DNA from: Octopus vulgaris
Taxonomy: Eukaryota
Assembly (NCBI GenBank): GCA_951406725.2
Contig: OX597818.1
Location: forward strand, 99,758,001 to 99,822,000
Direction of reading: 5' to 3'
Length of the DNA stretch: 64,000 nucleotides
Shown here: one piece after another, positions 42,476 through 56,549 of the stretch
Layout: each line of letters begins with the position of its first letter
Numbering within the stretch: the first letter of the stretch is position 1
Notes under the pieces: generated by a model
What the model was told of the DNA's origin: nothing
Databases searched by the model: none
The model's input: the letters and a program-made list of their open reading frames with translations, nothing else
Translations under genes and position numbers: made by a program

Positions 42476-42559
42476 TTTTTTCGCTGTATAGTGATACAAT
42501 GATAAAAAATATATAATATTAAAAATAATCCACACCGCCATCTCTTCAGTTATCCGGCC

Positions 42560-42652
42560 ATAGGTTCAGGAGTAGCTGTATGGTAAGTAGCTTGCTTACC
42601 AACCACATGGTTCCGGGTTCATTCCCACTTTGTGAAAGAAGACCGTCGTATA
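42560..42652 (+). mobile_element. Family B SINE head fragment
   Basis: CAGGAGTAGCTGTATGGTAAGTAGCTTGCTTACCAACCACATGGTTCCGGGTTCA matches 32255-32309. Confidence 0.8.
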
Positions 42653-43395
42653 TAATGTTAAAAATAATATATTTTAACAAATTACGTCCTATCAAAATGA
42701 AAGACTGAATTTTTCCCCAATGGCGAGAACTTATATGTATGTCTGTTGCATTTTCCTTCCATTCACTAGAATAGTACACTATACTTACAGACAATACCTA
42801 GTTACAAGTAGTTGGAATTAAGTAGCGCGACTTCTAACTGAGTAATTATTTGTAATTACGTTTTAAAGCTTCTAGATATTAAATGTGTTTACACAAACTG
42901 AAGTATATTGTTCCTATTTTGAAGACGTGGTTATTTATTTAGCGTTCACACAATAGCATTTTCCTCCGCCGACCAGTTTATAAACTTTAATGATAATTAA
43001 TTTCATGCTTTTAAATTGAGGTCTTAATAAGACTGAAATGGAACCGTTGTTGTCTTCCACACTTGTCGAAATAATCAATATAAGCCGCTGAGTAATTTCA
43101 TTTTGCTCCACATTACTTAATTCTTTCCAGTTCTTTCAATTAAATTTATCAACACAAACTTAACTATTATTTCTGTTGGTCTTACATCGAGAGCAGTTTA
43201 TGTGACAAGGAATCGAATAATGCAATGTTTTTCGATGTCATATCAATATCGCTGCGAGCAAATCTCAACTCCATTAAAAAACATTTACCAACTTGATCAA
43301 CTCCTATTTACTTTGGAGACATACAACATTTATTGTGCAATATCTTTTTTATCAGTTTATTTCCTATGTTACAATTACTTTGTTCCACATATATT

Positions 43396-43427
<32 letters not shown>

Positions 43428-44012
43428 TCGCACTCGTTCGTTTTAGTCCAGTCACTCTCTTCTGTATTTTTTTTTCTATCATTCTTCTGTTCTCGCTTTA
43501 TGTACATCGTTTTTCATATATCTCTATAGGCTTGTTGAAGTGGACCACTTCTTAAATTTCTCCAGCTATTATTTTATCTCCAGCGATGTTTTAGATGTCA
43601 AAACATTGACAACATTTATTTGGCAACCATTCTTCCACTGTGCTTCATATTACTTCGGCACAAAAAACAAAATTGTACAAAAATGAAAGAGTACAATGAA
43701 ATAACAACAATAAAAAAAACCTTTCATAGAAATAATTATACCTAAAGTAAACATCAATAAACTGAAAGGTAAGAGAAAGTAAATAACATTAGTACGGAGG
43801 AAGAGTAAGAGGGAGAGAACCATCAAAGTTTCAATGGATGACTGATGGACATTTGAACAGTTTCAATATGTCATCTTAGCTATGTGTTATGTCATCGAAC
43901 AAAAACAAAGCTATATTCGACCATCGCCTTTTCTGATGAATTTACTTTAGACGTCCATTAGACTTCAATAGATAGAAATCGATGATGATGATGATGTATG
44001 TATAATACATCA

Positions 44013-44044
<32 letters not shown>

Positions 44045-44195
44045 ATTAGTGCGTTGGGAATGATAAAGAAGGGAGCTGAGAAGTGTATTAAGCAATGACC
44101 CGTCCTTGTTTTCTTTGTATCGTCTATCTGGATGTTTTGTGTCCCTTTTTGTATCACCTAGGTGTCCGGAAGTTTTGCGTTCTTGTCCCATTTCG

Positions 44196-44259
<64 letters not shown>

Positions 44260-44853
44260 GTATATAAATATTTATATATTTTTGTGTATATAGTTATGTG
44301 AATACATGGAAAGAAGTATGCTAATGAAAAGTTAGAGGAAAAAATATAAGTGTCATCAATTTAGAAATATATATAAGAATTTGCAGCACTGTTTTATTGA
44401 ATATTGAAATTCTGAAGATATAAATGTGAACCAATTTCAAGATGTCACAACATAAACAAATTTTTATTGATGTACTATGAGAGAAAATTCCCTGACGTCT
44501 TACAAATGTCAAGGGACATGAGATCTTCAAAAAATAAAAACATTTTCTTAAGAATGTCAATACTTCTCTAAACTATGAACACCTGAATATATTTAGGATT
44601 TATGGATGGTCAAATTTGGGAACAAAGACATGACAAATATGGAGAGTCGTTTGACAAGAATGAGAAGAATATAGGGAACGCTGGGAGAAATAATTTCTTT
44701 CGAAAAGAGAAATGATAGAAGAGAGAAAACACGTCTGTACTCTTAAACGTCTTTGCAGGCAAAGGAAAATGGACGATGGTCACGTGTGAGCAACGAAAGA
44801 GAGAGAAAGAGGGGAAGAGAGAAAGAGATAAAAACAGTGAAGTAAGGAGAAAG

Positions 44854-44914
<61 letters not shown>

Positions 44915-47389
44915 CACACGCATATATACATATATATGTATGTATCCTGTGCATAAGTGGTAGTTTATCGATTACAGAAAGATGGAAACACAGTTGATCT
45001 CGGCAGAGCATGAACTCGAAGTGTAGATATCTCTAGGAAATGCTGCCAGTGTATTATATCCCCCATGATCCTCCCATGATTCTCTCTTAGAAGAGAGAAA
45101 GTGATATTTTTCATCTCAGAAGAGAATGTTTTCCTCTTTTAAACTGTCAGATTCTCGACATATACACACAAACTCTTCCAAAATCATAAAGTTAGGTGCT
45201 CCTCAATTGCACATCGGAGACACACACGCTCACCCGCCCGGACGGACTCATGAACGCATGCACGAACGCTCGTACGCCCAAACGCACGTACGCCCGAACG
45301 CACGTACGCCCGAATGCACGAACGCACATATACGTATAGTGGGATGTTATTTTCAAGAAAATTGACACGAAAACTTGCTCAAATGTTCGTTCTGCTTTGT
45401 ATATTTTATGATAGATCGGACTTAAAATTTCACTGTCATATTTACATACAAGCAATATGTTCTGGATGACCAGCCGTTTCTCTGTATCTTTTGACAGTAT
45501 TTTATTTTTAATCCAATTATGACTTAACAGTATTCTGAATTTGATGATCTTCTTAACTAAAGCATTATCTTCTGTCCGAACTTGGGTGACCTTACGAAAG
45601 CATCCCTTGTTCATATGTTAAGAGAACTGTTTGCATTGTCAGGAGAATTTACGTCAGACTATATAACACTCACACAAATATACACTAATAAACTTACTAA
45701 CAGACACATCTCAATATTTGCATTTGAATATTTGCTTATTAAAAATAATTGTTCTAGAAATTTTCTCTCCTTTTACTTAGTATTCTTTCAAGGGTATGGT
45801 TTAAAAGAACTTTCTTACTGAAATGTATGAACATTTTGTTTACTAACTCTTGTCTTATTCAGCCACCTAAGACTATATTTAACAGTGAACGTTTGCCATT
45901 TGTTTTCCTATGCATTGACTTTGTGGTTGTTACACATTGTCTTAACTTTTGCTGATACGCATCTTCTGTCACATATTTTCTTCTGTTTTGCCATGAAGTA
46001 TATTTACTTGTATCTAGCGAAGATAATGTCTAGCTATTCTACGGAAAATCGATTCGTATTATTTCTTAGTTTTTTTTTACTGCATGTATAATATCATGTA
46101 ACCGTTCATCGGAGTTTCAGAATTCAACAGGTAATCTTATAGAAATTATGTAACAACAGAGTTTATATGACGTAAAGTCGGAATATAATTCTTCTTACAT
46201 TTGCTTATTTGTCTGTGAATGTACAGTATCGATGTGTGGAAATACTAAAAGATATAGAAAAGTGAAAACCCGGCAGAATAGAATTTCACATTCTAGTTAA
46301 ACAGCCAGGTCAATCGGTTGCTTTCTGTAACATAAAAACTGGTCAGAAATCAATTCAAACACACATGCAAACATACGTACGCTTACATACATTCACACGC
46401 GTACATACACCCGCGTGCATACATACGAACATATACACACACAGTTTCAAATATATGTCACACTAATGTTTGTATATAGGAGCGTTTGTATCATTGCGCA
46501 TGTCACCTCTTGTCTGTGTATGTCCTTCTAATAATCAAATATTTTCTGACTAATACCTTGAAATACATGACTGTATCAGGCACAAGAGCAATAATACAAA
46601 AGAATCTAATCCCAGAAGATTAAAACCTAAAACTGCCATATAAATGTTTAAGCTGATGATTCACAACAAATATAAGATAATCGATTTTCGTGTGAACTGA
46701 CCACTTACTGCCTTTAGTAAATCCTTTACGTATGAAGAGTTTTCCATTAGTTTTGTAAATACTTAGAAAAACATATGTAATAAGTACTTATACAAAATAT
46801 GTAAATTAATATACACAATATTCTCTCATAAACTCGTTTGCTCATACACAAACACACACATGTAGAAGCTCTGATGCGCATAGTAGTAAACGTTTGAGAC
46901 ACATTTTTACATGAACTTTGAGAGACATAAATATTGATTCGGAGACGGAATGGCTGCGTAAGTTTGAAGTGAAAAAGAACATTTTGAGTGATCAATGAAA
47001 TTTGGTGCAGAAATCTATCACACATACATGCATACATGCATACATACATACATACGTACATACATACATACATACATAAATACATACATGTATACATACA
47101 TAATACATCCATACATGTAGACAAACAGACAGACATACATACATGTATATACTCACACACGATCGCATTCTACGCATCACATTCATATATATTTATATCT
47201 ATACCTCTCTATATCTGAATATACTGATACAGTATGTTTATATATGTATATATATATATATATATATGTGTGCGTGTGTGAGTGTATGTATTTATATATA
47301 TGTATATATGTGTGTTTATGTATATATTATATATATATATATATATATGTATATGTATGTATATATCTATCTCTATATCTATCTCTCTA

Positions 47390-47473
<84 letters not shown>

Positions 47474-48960
47474 CCCCCCCTCTCTCTCTCTCTATATATA
47501 TATATATACATACATGCTGAGGCGTCCGTTTATTTTGTGGTATTACATCGTAAAAGTACAACATGGAATCTTGTTTTATATTTCTGTTGGATACTCTTAC
47601 ATGTTTGTGATATAAGCGAATACAAAAATAAATCAATGTTTTATTCAATTAGATTTTTAGCTGACAGCGTATATCAACGTATTTGTAAACACGTAAATAA
47701 ATACATATTAACCATTATATATTTAAAAAAAAAATTTCATACTCTTGGGGCCTCCAGTATTTCACTGTCAACAGCTTTTAGATACCTTTAATACATTGAC
47801 GTTTGGAACATTTTTATGGGTACCATTGTGACAAATATTTGATGCTCAAATCCCGTTCCCTGTTCCATAATCGTTTCTTATAAATGATTTTTATTATAAA
47901 TGATTATTTTTGTGTATGAAATTGTAATTAACCCATCCCTGTCGGGTAGTCTATAACTCTGTTTTAGCAATAGGAGCAAGAATTGCTGTGTCGTTAAGAA
48001 GCTCGCTTGGAATTTATGTGGATTTGGGTTCTGTTTCACTGTGCAGCAACTTGGAAATGACTCTGTGCCAAACTGGAAACTGTGTGATAATACGCGATAC
48101 CTTCCACGTATGTATGTATGTGTATATATCTGTATGTGTATGTGTGTATTGCAAACATAAACGTAAAAGCGCACGTACCTGTGTATCGGTTCGTTTGAGC
48201 CTGCGTACGTTAGTAGCTCGGCAAAAGAAAACGATAGAATATGTTCTAATCTAATAACTGATACAAGTAAAAGACAAGAAATAAGGGAATAATTCTAAAC
48301 CGAACTGGAAATAACGATTCCTGAATAAGAAAATGAAAATATGGGATAATATTTGGATAACCTATCCTTGCTTACATTAGCTACAAAAGTTAACTAAAAT
48401 TACCTTTATCAGTAATGGATTCCCAAACTGAAACTTTTTCTTGTTAGCAGTAAGGCCACCTTCAACAGCTATATTTCTTATAGACACACGTTAATTTCAA
48501 TTTAGCGATATCAAGTTATGACCTCTCATCAGATACTCCAAAGTAATATTGATGCGTATATTATAGCTTTCAGAATGATCATCAACGGGATTCAATCTCA
48601 GAAGTGGCAAAAAAAAAAGTAATATATTAAAACTCATGAGTTAAATACAGTTAGAAATTAAACACTGTTACGTCGGCTACTCTATCACTCTTATCGCTAA
48701 ATTAATGCCGATAAGGAATGCAAAAATAAATGCATAACCGTCATCGTTATCATCATCATCATCATCATAAACTGCATCTCGAATTTTTACAATGATGGCC
48801 ATGATGGTAATTAAGACGGAGGAGTATAAACTCTGCATGAAAGGAAGAAATCGGGATGATTTCCCTAGATGAAATTATGATATAATTTCAGGTTTTACAA
48901 AGTATTCCCACGTTAACTTTGCAGCACATACAGTAAAAATAAAAGACACAGACAAACTTA

Positions 48961-49023
<63 letters not shown>

Positions 49024-49329
49024 ACACATGTATATGTATCCGTACACATTCATATATATATATATATGTATGTATGTATGCGTTCACTTACATATATGTA
49101 CATGTGAATATATGCATACATCAGTTTGTATGATTGTATGATTACGTCCACATATACATGTATACATACAGGTATAGATGCATAACGACGCAGACGTATA
49201 CATACATTTATATAAATATATGCATATATACATATACATATATATACATACATACATATATATATATATATAAATATATACATACACATATATATATATA
49301 AATATATATATAAACACAATATATAAACA

Positions 49330-49652
49330 CAAAAACCGGGAAAATATTCACAAACGCGAATATGAACTGCAAAAGCAGAAATTTAATTTACTGCATCAAA
49401 TGCCCAAATTGTGAAGAAATATATGTAGGTCAGACGGGAAACGCACTATTAGAACGCTCACGTGTACACCGGCAACAGATTAGAGACCCAGAGGTCCGTC
49501 AGATACCTTTGAGTAACCACCTAGCAACATGTGGTCGGAAAATATATATAATATTTCCATTCTACAAATTACACAGCCCAAGTGAAATCGAGAGGAAAAT
49601 CAGAGAAAAGAATTTTATTGATAAATTCGAACCCAAGCTAAATAAGCAATAA
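49330..49652 (+). pseudogene. GIY-YIG endonuclease domain of a Penelope-like retroelement (5'-truncated, frame open)
   Basis: KTGKIFTNANMNCKSRNLIYCIKCPNCEEIYVGQTGNALLERSRVHRQQIRD..LSNHLATC..IFPFYKL..ERKIREKNFIDKFEPKLNK*. It shows the LIY..CxxC..YVGQT, R..H, H, RE and LN motifs of PLE endonucleases. No RT lies upstream. Confidence 0.92.
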
Positions 49653-49973
49653 TAATAATAATACTTAGAGGTATTACTTCCACTGCTACGACCATGACCA
49701 CTAACAACAACAACAATACTAAAGGTGATCAAGACGAAGATAGCAGGAAAATTATCTTATTTAGGGTTAAAAGTTCTATTGCCACCACCATCACCACTAG
49801 CAACAATAATTAAGGTGCTGACAATGATGATGATGACAATTGAAATATAAAAATATAAAAATCTCTGACAAAGGATATTTACAACATTTCTAAAAATAAC
49901 CCAACAATTGCTGCTTCGGCCAGGGTCAAGATACAGGACTCTTGTACCTGTCCAACAAAGCGTGATGCCTAAA

Positions 49974-50087
49974 CCAATCAGCTCAACCAACCAATCAGCT
50001 TAAGTAATTGAGTGATACTACACACTGATTGGTCAGAATACAGTTTGCAAAACCTAGCACTCTGGAGCCTACCCAGCTGTATTTATA
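49974..50087 (+). promoter_or_regulatory. Putative PLE terminal-repeat promoter: three CCAAT boxes and a TATA-like box
   Basis: CCAATCAG at 49974 and 49991, CTGATTGG at 50025-50032, and TATTTATA at 50080-50087 (TATAAATA on the minus strand), about 65 bp before the hammerhead. Confidence 0.4.
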
Positions 50088-50150
50088 GCACAGAATCACT
50101 CATCTTGCTACAGTCAAAAATTGTGAAGCATGACTGTCAACACTACTACA

Positions 50151-50195
50151 TGAACCCGAAGATTGCAGAATTCAATGCATGAAAGTACTAGTTCA
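50151..50195 (+). ncRNA. Minimal type I hammerhead ribozyme (U4C core variant)
   Basis: TGAAC-CCGAAGA-TTGCA-GAATTCAA-TGCAT-GAAA-GTAC-TA-GTTCA: perfect 5 bp stem I, TGCA/TGCA stem II and palindromic stem III AGTACT. Confidence 0.8.
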
Positions 50196-50357
50196 ATCAG
50201 AATGAATATTTAACATTCTACTATTTCATTTTATTTTATTCAATTATAATATATTATCTTATAATATATCATTATAAGATTGTAAATAAAACGTGAAAAT
50301 CAGACAAGGTTGGAATTCTTTTTATTAATATATTCTTCTATACACAATCACACACAC

Positions 50358-50424
<67 letters not shown>

Positions 50425-50499
50425 CATATACATACATACACATATCTATATATAAATATATACATATATATATATATATGTATATACAGGAATATGCCT

Positions 50500-51100
50500 A
50501 CAAACATAGTGTTTGAGTATCATCGAACTAAAGTTTGTTGATGCCGAAACACTGCTTCGCACTGATATTACGGTAATTTGGACGATCTCGTCGGTGTGCT
50601 GGCGCAAATAATCCAAAGTTGTTTGGGCTATTTTTGTTAAAGCAATGTCTTTGACAAGGTCCATCAACAGTTGTCTCTCTTAGGTATTTCACATTGTGAC
50701 GGCTAAAGAGTCAGAAATATCGATACTGGGAATCCGACAGATAGTGCCGCTGGGGAGATAACGGTGTTTTTAAACATTTTTACCATAAGAGAAACATTTT
50801 CACTTTGGTAACTGCAGTGAATTTGCGTTTCGTTTTAGCAGACGACCTGACAATGCTTGGCGCTAATAAAACGGTAATATATATATAAGTATATTATCGT
50901 AATAGCGTTCAGTTCATCACGATTCATATCCATCATATTCTGTTGACATGTCTTATTGATGAGTTCTATTTTTTCCCTTCCCTGAAGAAGAGATTACATT
51001 GTTTTACACCATTTTATTCCCTTAGAATAATTCCAATGACATCTTCGAAACATGTGTCGAGAGTAAAAGAATTTGAATAACATCTGCGTTTAACTCCATT
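50500..51100 (+). mobile_element. Second PLE-terminus-like insert between TA tracts
   Basis: About 600 bp of unique sequence bounded by TA-rich repeats, with a hammerhead core about 40 bp from its right end. No recognisable protein. Confidence 0.5.
50977..51063 (+). ncRNA. Type I hammerhead-like motif, intact core, long stem II
   Basis: CTTCC-CTGAAGA(50982-88)-AGAGATTACATTG...CAATGACATCTTC-GAAAC-ATGT-GTC-GAGAG, with a GUC triplet. Stems I and II are imperfect. Confidence 0.6.
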
Positions 51101-51187
51101 TATATATATACATATTTAAAAAAAAATAAATATATGTATATATATATATATAATTAAATATATATATCTATAATCTAGTATATATAA

Positions 51188-51260
<73 letters not shown>

Positions 51261-51279
51261 TGTAGATATATATATATGA

Positions 51280-51328
<49 letters not shown>

Positions 51329-52112
51329 TATATATATGCACATATATAAATATATATATTTATATATTATTTACTATATATATGGGATCTCTGAAGGAAG
51401 CTGCTTTACATAGTCCAGTTGTTATCTAAAACCCAGTCAAACTCCCAATGCGAAACGTATTGCTAAGATAGATCGGCCGAAATGGATACATGACACTGTA
51501 CACTTCGATTAATATATATATATATATATATATATCTGTGTGTGTGTGTCTGCGTAAGATTAACGAAATGTACGTCCGTTACAGCTTCGTTTACAGAATG
51601 TGCAAAAGTTGATTAAATCTAGGAAGGCACTTACAAACAAACCACTAGAGAAACTTACGCGTACATATATACAGATACGTATAATCTTACTTAAATGACC
51701 GGTCAGCAAGCATATCATATATGACATTGACGGGAAGGTAGTGATGAAAACAAACGAGTGAGTGAGTGATAGAGAGAGAGAGAAAGAGGGAAAGAGAGAG
51801 GGAGAGAGAGGGAGAGAAAGAGAGAAAGAGTCGTTCAACGGAAGTCACATTAGTTGTTCAATAGGCCTCTTAGCATATGCTCGCCCGACATTGAATAATA
51901 TAACTCCTGATAGACAAAATGACGTATGTATGTATTTATAGATTGATGTGTTTGTTCATACGCACACTCAAGTATACACACATGTATATATGTATGTATG
52001 TACGTATGTATATACATATATGTACATATATATATATATACATATAGTAGTTTGATGTGTGTTTTCATAATAAAGTATATATATACACACATATGTATAT
52101 ACATATATGGAA

Positions 52113-52145
<33 letters not shown>

Positions 52146-53129
52146 AGTGTGTATACATATACACATGAACACACACAGCAGAATAGAGATAAGCATAGAA
52201 ATTGAGTTATACGAAGATTTTTCGGTTGATAGATTGATAGATACGTAAATGGAGAATGAGGTACAAAGGTGAAAATGGATTTACACAGAAGAACAGTTAT
52301 TAAAGCGCTCTAAGAAACAAAACAAAATAGATTTTTAAAATCCCTGGTGCAATAGAAGGCATTTGCCACACATATCCATGCATTCCTATATGGAATCAGG
52401 GAAAAGAATCATAATAACAAAAAATTACTTTCAGTGAAACAGCATAGATGCGTCACTAAGGATAGATACGCGTTCATTCTACTATTGAAAAATATGGAAG
52501 TTATTCTCACAAGTGTTTTTCATTCACACAAACACCATCCATAGACGACCGGTAAACACTGAGACATATATACACATCAATGCTATATATATATATATAT
52601 ATATATTGTATGCTTTGCTCGAAGAAGCATACAGACACGAATGCATAGAAACGTTAGAAGTAGAGCCATGTCTAAACAGTCTTCTCAAATGCTCATGAGT
52701 TGTAATATAATTGAAAAAGATTTGCCCCAAAAAATAATAAAAACAAGAAATAAAAAGAAACACATATACAGAAAAGAAAAAAAAAACTGCATCAGATGCC
52801 TATTCTTTTTGGTAATCTCTGAAGATGTACTTGCGTCAGGAAATGCACTTCAAAAGATACAGATGGTTTCCGAAGCAGAATTTCTAATCGAATTATTGGG
52901 ATAAAAATTCAATTTTCTTTATCGCAAAAATTATCAAATTGGATTTATTTGTGTGAATTTAGAGGCGACTGTTTTATTGAATCAGTTAATTATTTCAAGC
53001 GTGGTATTTTGTTTTTCACGAGAGAGAGTGAGAGAGAGACAGAGAGATAGGAAGAAAAAGAAAGAAAGAAAGAAAAAGAGGGAGAGAGGAAAAGATATAT
53101 ATATATATACATATATATAGAGAGAGATG

Positions 53130-53180
<51 letters not shown>

Positions 53181-53818
53181 GAGAAAAATGATTTAGTAAA
53201 AAACAGTAAGTGGGTGACAGGAAGAGATATTTTCAGCCGAGAGCAAAGATGGTGACGACATGGTGATGATGATGATGATGATGTTAAGCATGATGGTGAT
53301 TATGATGATGATGACGATGATGATGATGATATCGACGACGTTGTGAAGATAAATGAGTGGTGGAGGTGTGTGTGTGTGTAAGCAGAAGCAGTAAGATTTC
53401 TCACATAGAATATACAAAAGCTTATATATTTAATGTATGGGAGGGATATATTTTCCACAGGCTCTTACGAGTTAAGTGAAATGTTATGCTCCCAGCATTG
53501 TATACAAATCACCTCAATTTCAATACACATATCCGCTCACTTATACACAATCTATTCTCCTGCATATCCGATGGTGTATCGATCTACCTACCTGCCTGCT
53601 TATATACACATGCGCAATTTATACAACAATTATCGATACAAAGCGCAAAATTATGTCGTTGCATCCTTACATTGGCTTGCTATTTCTAAATCGTTCTCAC
53701 TGACACGCATACTCACACAGGTACCGACACACGCCGACACATCTATATCTATATCTACGTCTATATATATATATATTTATATAATTATATATATATATAT
53801 TTATATATATATGTATGA

Positions 53819-53849
<31 letters not shown>

Positions 53850-56495
53850 TATATGTATGTATATATATATATTTATATATATATGTATGTATATATGTAT
53901 GTATATATACATATATATATGCGTGTTTTTACACATATTTTTATATATGTATGTGTTTGTGTGTGCGTGCTTATGAGGAATGTGATATGAATGTGTTTGT
54001 ATGAGTGTGTGAATGTTTGTATATACGTGCCCCACGTATACACTAGCTCTGTTTTCTTTCTTAGGCATCACTTTGTATTAAGCAAAACTCCAGTAGAAAT
54101 CATTATGCTACGATGTTAGAAAAAAAATTATTATTTATATTTGTTGTAACAATTAAATTTTGAAATACTTAAAGCAAGTAAAAATTTTCTATCTCTTTTG
54201 AGTCGTTAATATAACAAGGCATTGTTGGGTTCTTTCAGATGATTTTTAACAGTTTTAATTTTCATTTTGTTTTATTGTTTCATCAGGGAAGAAACAGCTG
54301 CTGCCATGATTCTTTCTTATTTCAGGGCCTCCGAGATTGGTGCTTAAAAAGAGGAAGTTTTTCTAAAACTGTTTAATTGATGCACTGTCTCTAATTAGAG
54401 TGGATCTCATTAAAGTCTCCTCCAAACTAGGATTAAGCTAACAATTAAAGGTCTCTACTTAAAAACCAACACAAACACTTATAGATTGACAACGCCTTAC
54501 AATCTTTGGAGAATAATGTAAGAAATGACTTAGTTATGAGAGAAGGCATCATCGGCGATATTTGGTAAGCATAATACATGTGGAAAAGGGAAATAACCTA
54601 ATTGTTTATTAATATGTAATAATTTAGTAGTACTAATTATTTATCTAATTATTTAAATACCAGAAATCAGATTGTTTGCTAAACATGTTTACGATAGGAA
54701 GTCCGAAATTTAAGAGAATGGATGAACGACCAAATAACATACGGGATAAACAACCGAGTACTACGATGTGTGTATTCCTTTATTCTTTTATTCCCTTATG
54801 CATTCCAGTCCCAATGTTGTAGCCGAACATGGACACTGCCTGTGTATACTGATAGAGTTGGTGTACTACATTCTTGGCCAAACAATCTAACAGGTTTAAT
54901 AAACAATAGTTATCTACAGTGCAGTTTAAAAACTGGCGTTTAGTTTATTTAAATCAGACATGAGCAAACTTCTTCGTTAAGTGGGCCGCACTACAAAATT
55001 CAAAGTAATTTCCGTTTAGGTGTCCCATTCAGTAAGTCGCATGCTTTTAGTATTCCTGTGACTGATTTAAACTATCTGACTAAAATCCCCAAGCGCATAA
55101 AGAAAAGGTTTTTGTTGGGTTTCTTGCCTTGTATACAAAATGAATCTCTCTCGATGCAATATGCTTAAGAAGCCCTAAGAGTTGTGTGATTCATTTTCAT
55201 GTTGTAATCAAAGTATCAAGAAAAATTTTCAGAAATGTAAATATTCATTTGATTTAGTTTATTTTTCTTTTAATGTTGTACTCTGTCGAAAGAATACATT
55301 TCGTTCGTACAATGCCAATGGCAACGGTAACATCTATGAATGTGTTAAGAGATTTTTCTAGTGAACCGAAATTTTATTAAAATTTTTTCAAACCATAGTT
55401 GAATATTAATATGTTTACTACATATGGTGTGCATTTACTAACTAAATATCACGAAATAAAGCTGACAGTTATTAATTTGTATAAAAGAGCATCAGGTTAA
55501 AGCTTTATCAGAATAGGAAATACGAATTACAATAAAATACTCTGGGTATTTTAGAAAATTCCTTTCAATGAAACTGTAAAACGTGTCTTTTTAAACATCA
55601 ATATTCTTTGGAGTGGTTTGTGGATAGAAAATTAAAGATATAGGTACATGAAGTCTGGCTAATTATCTTGCATTGCCTTTTCTATATGAATTCAAACGTC
55701 CTCAGTGATCTACCTGCGATTCTATGAATCAAGAGATCTCGCAGATCTGTTGGTAAATACCTCATGAATGTTCTTGCTGTTTCGCTCTAGATGATCTTAA
55801 TCGATCAAAGGCGTTCCAGCCATTTTTATCGTGTTTACACAAAAACCGGAATCACATTATCCAAAATGTACTTTTGTAAGACGTATGAGTGTGATTTGAA
55901 AGATATTTGACAGCAGTTACGAGGTGATCGACTGATTAAGTAGATGCGCTCTCGGTAGCTAGGAAACTCATAATTAAATTATGTAGATTCATAAAAATAT
56001 CCATTACTGCTTTAGTAATTTACATTTTACATATTTAACAACAGACCAACCTCACCATATGATACATAAAAATAAAGCAGCTTTGCATAATGGAAAATGC
56101 ATTATCGTTTAAGTAATGGGCCTTTTAAACCATATAAACTTCCTAATTCAGTAAAAGAGACTTCATCATAATAAAAATATATGATTACCACAGTCCAAAT
56201 AACAAACATAATGGCTTTTTGTTAACACACATGTATAGGGGCACGTACACACATAAAAGCACACGTACACACACACACTCACCTTCATTGACACACGTGC
56301 ACAGGCATACTTCACCGAATCTATAACTAGAAAATTATAAACGGTAACATATACAGAGAGAATACGAGAACAGAATTTCTAGTTTGTTAAAGAAAGGTTC
56401 CAATCAGTTAGGTTTTGTTGTTTCTACAAAATCATAAGACCATGAGTTGGAGATTATACAATATAATTCTTTTGGAAAAAAATGACTGAAAGATG

Positions 56496-56549
<54 letters not shown>

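Larger units (their letters stand above)
49330..50340 (+). mobile_element. 5'-truncated Penelope-like element (GIY-YIG end, 3' region and hammerhead) in TA-rich microsatellite
   Basis: A GIY-YIG ORF end followed by a non-coding tail with a hammerhead (50151-50195) and AATAAA (about 50285). TA-rich simple repeats lie on both sides. Confidence 0.85.

Noticed and set aside
44087-44197. Unique segment ending at (TA)n like the hammerhead elements
   Set aside because: No ribozyme core and no second copy in the window.
49690-49735. Possible SECIS (ATGA..AA..TGAT) after the GIY-YIG stop
   Set aside because: The helix between the quartet halves does not pair, and the visible ORF has no in-frame TGA.
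54954-54992. CAGACATGAGCAAACTT..GGGCCGCA hAT-like terminus
   Set aside because: No matching opposite terminus was found.
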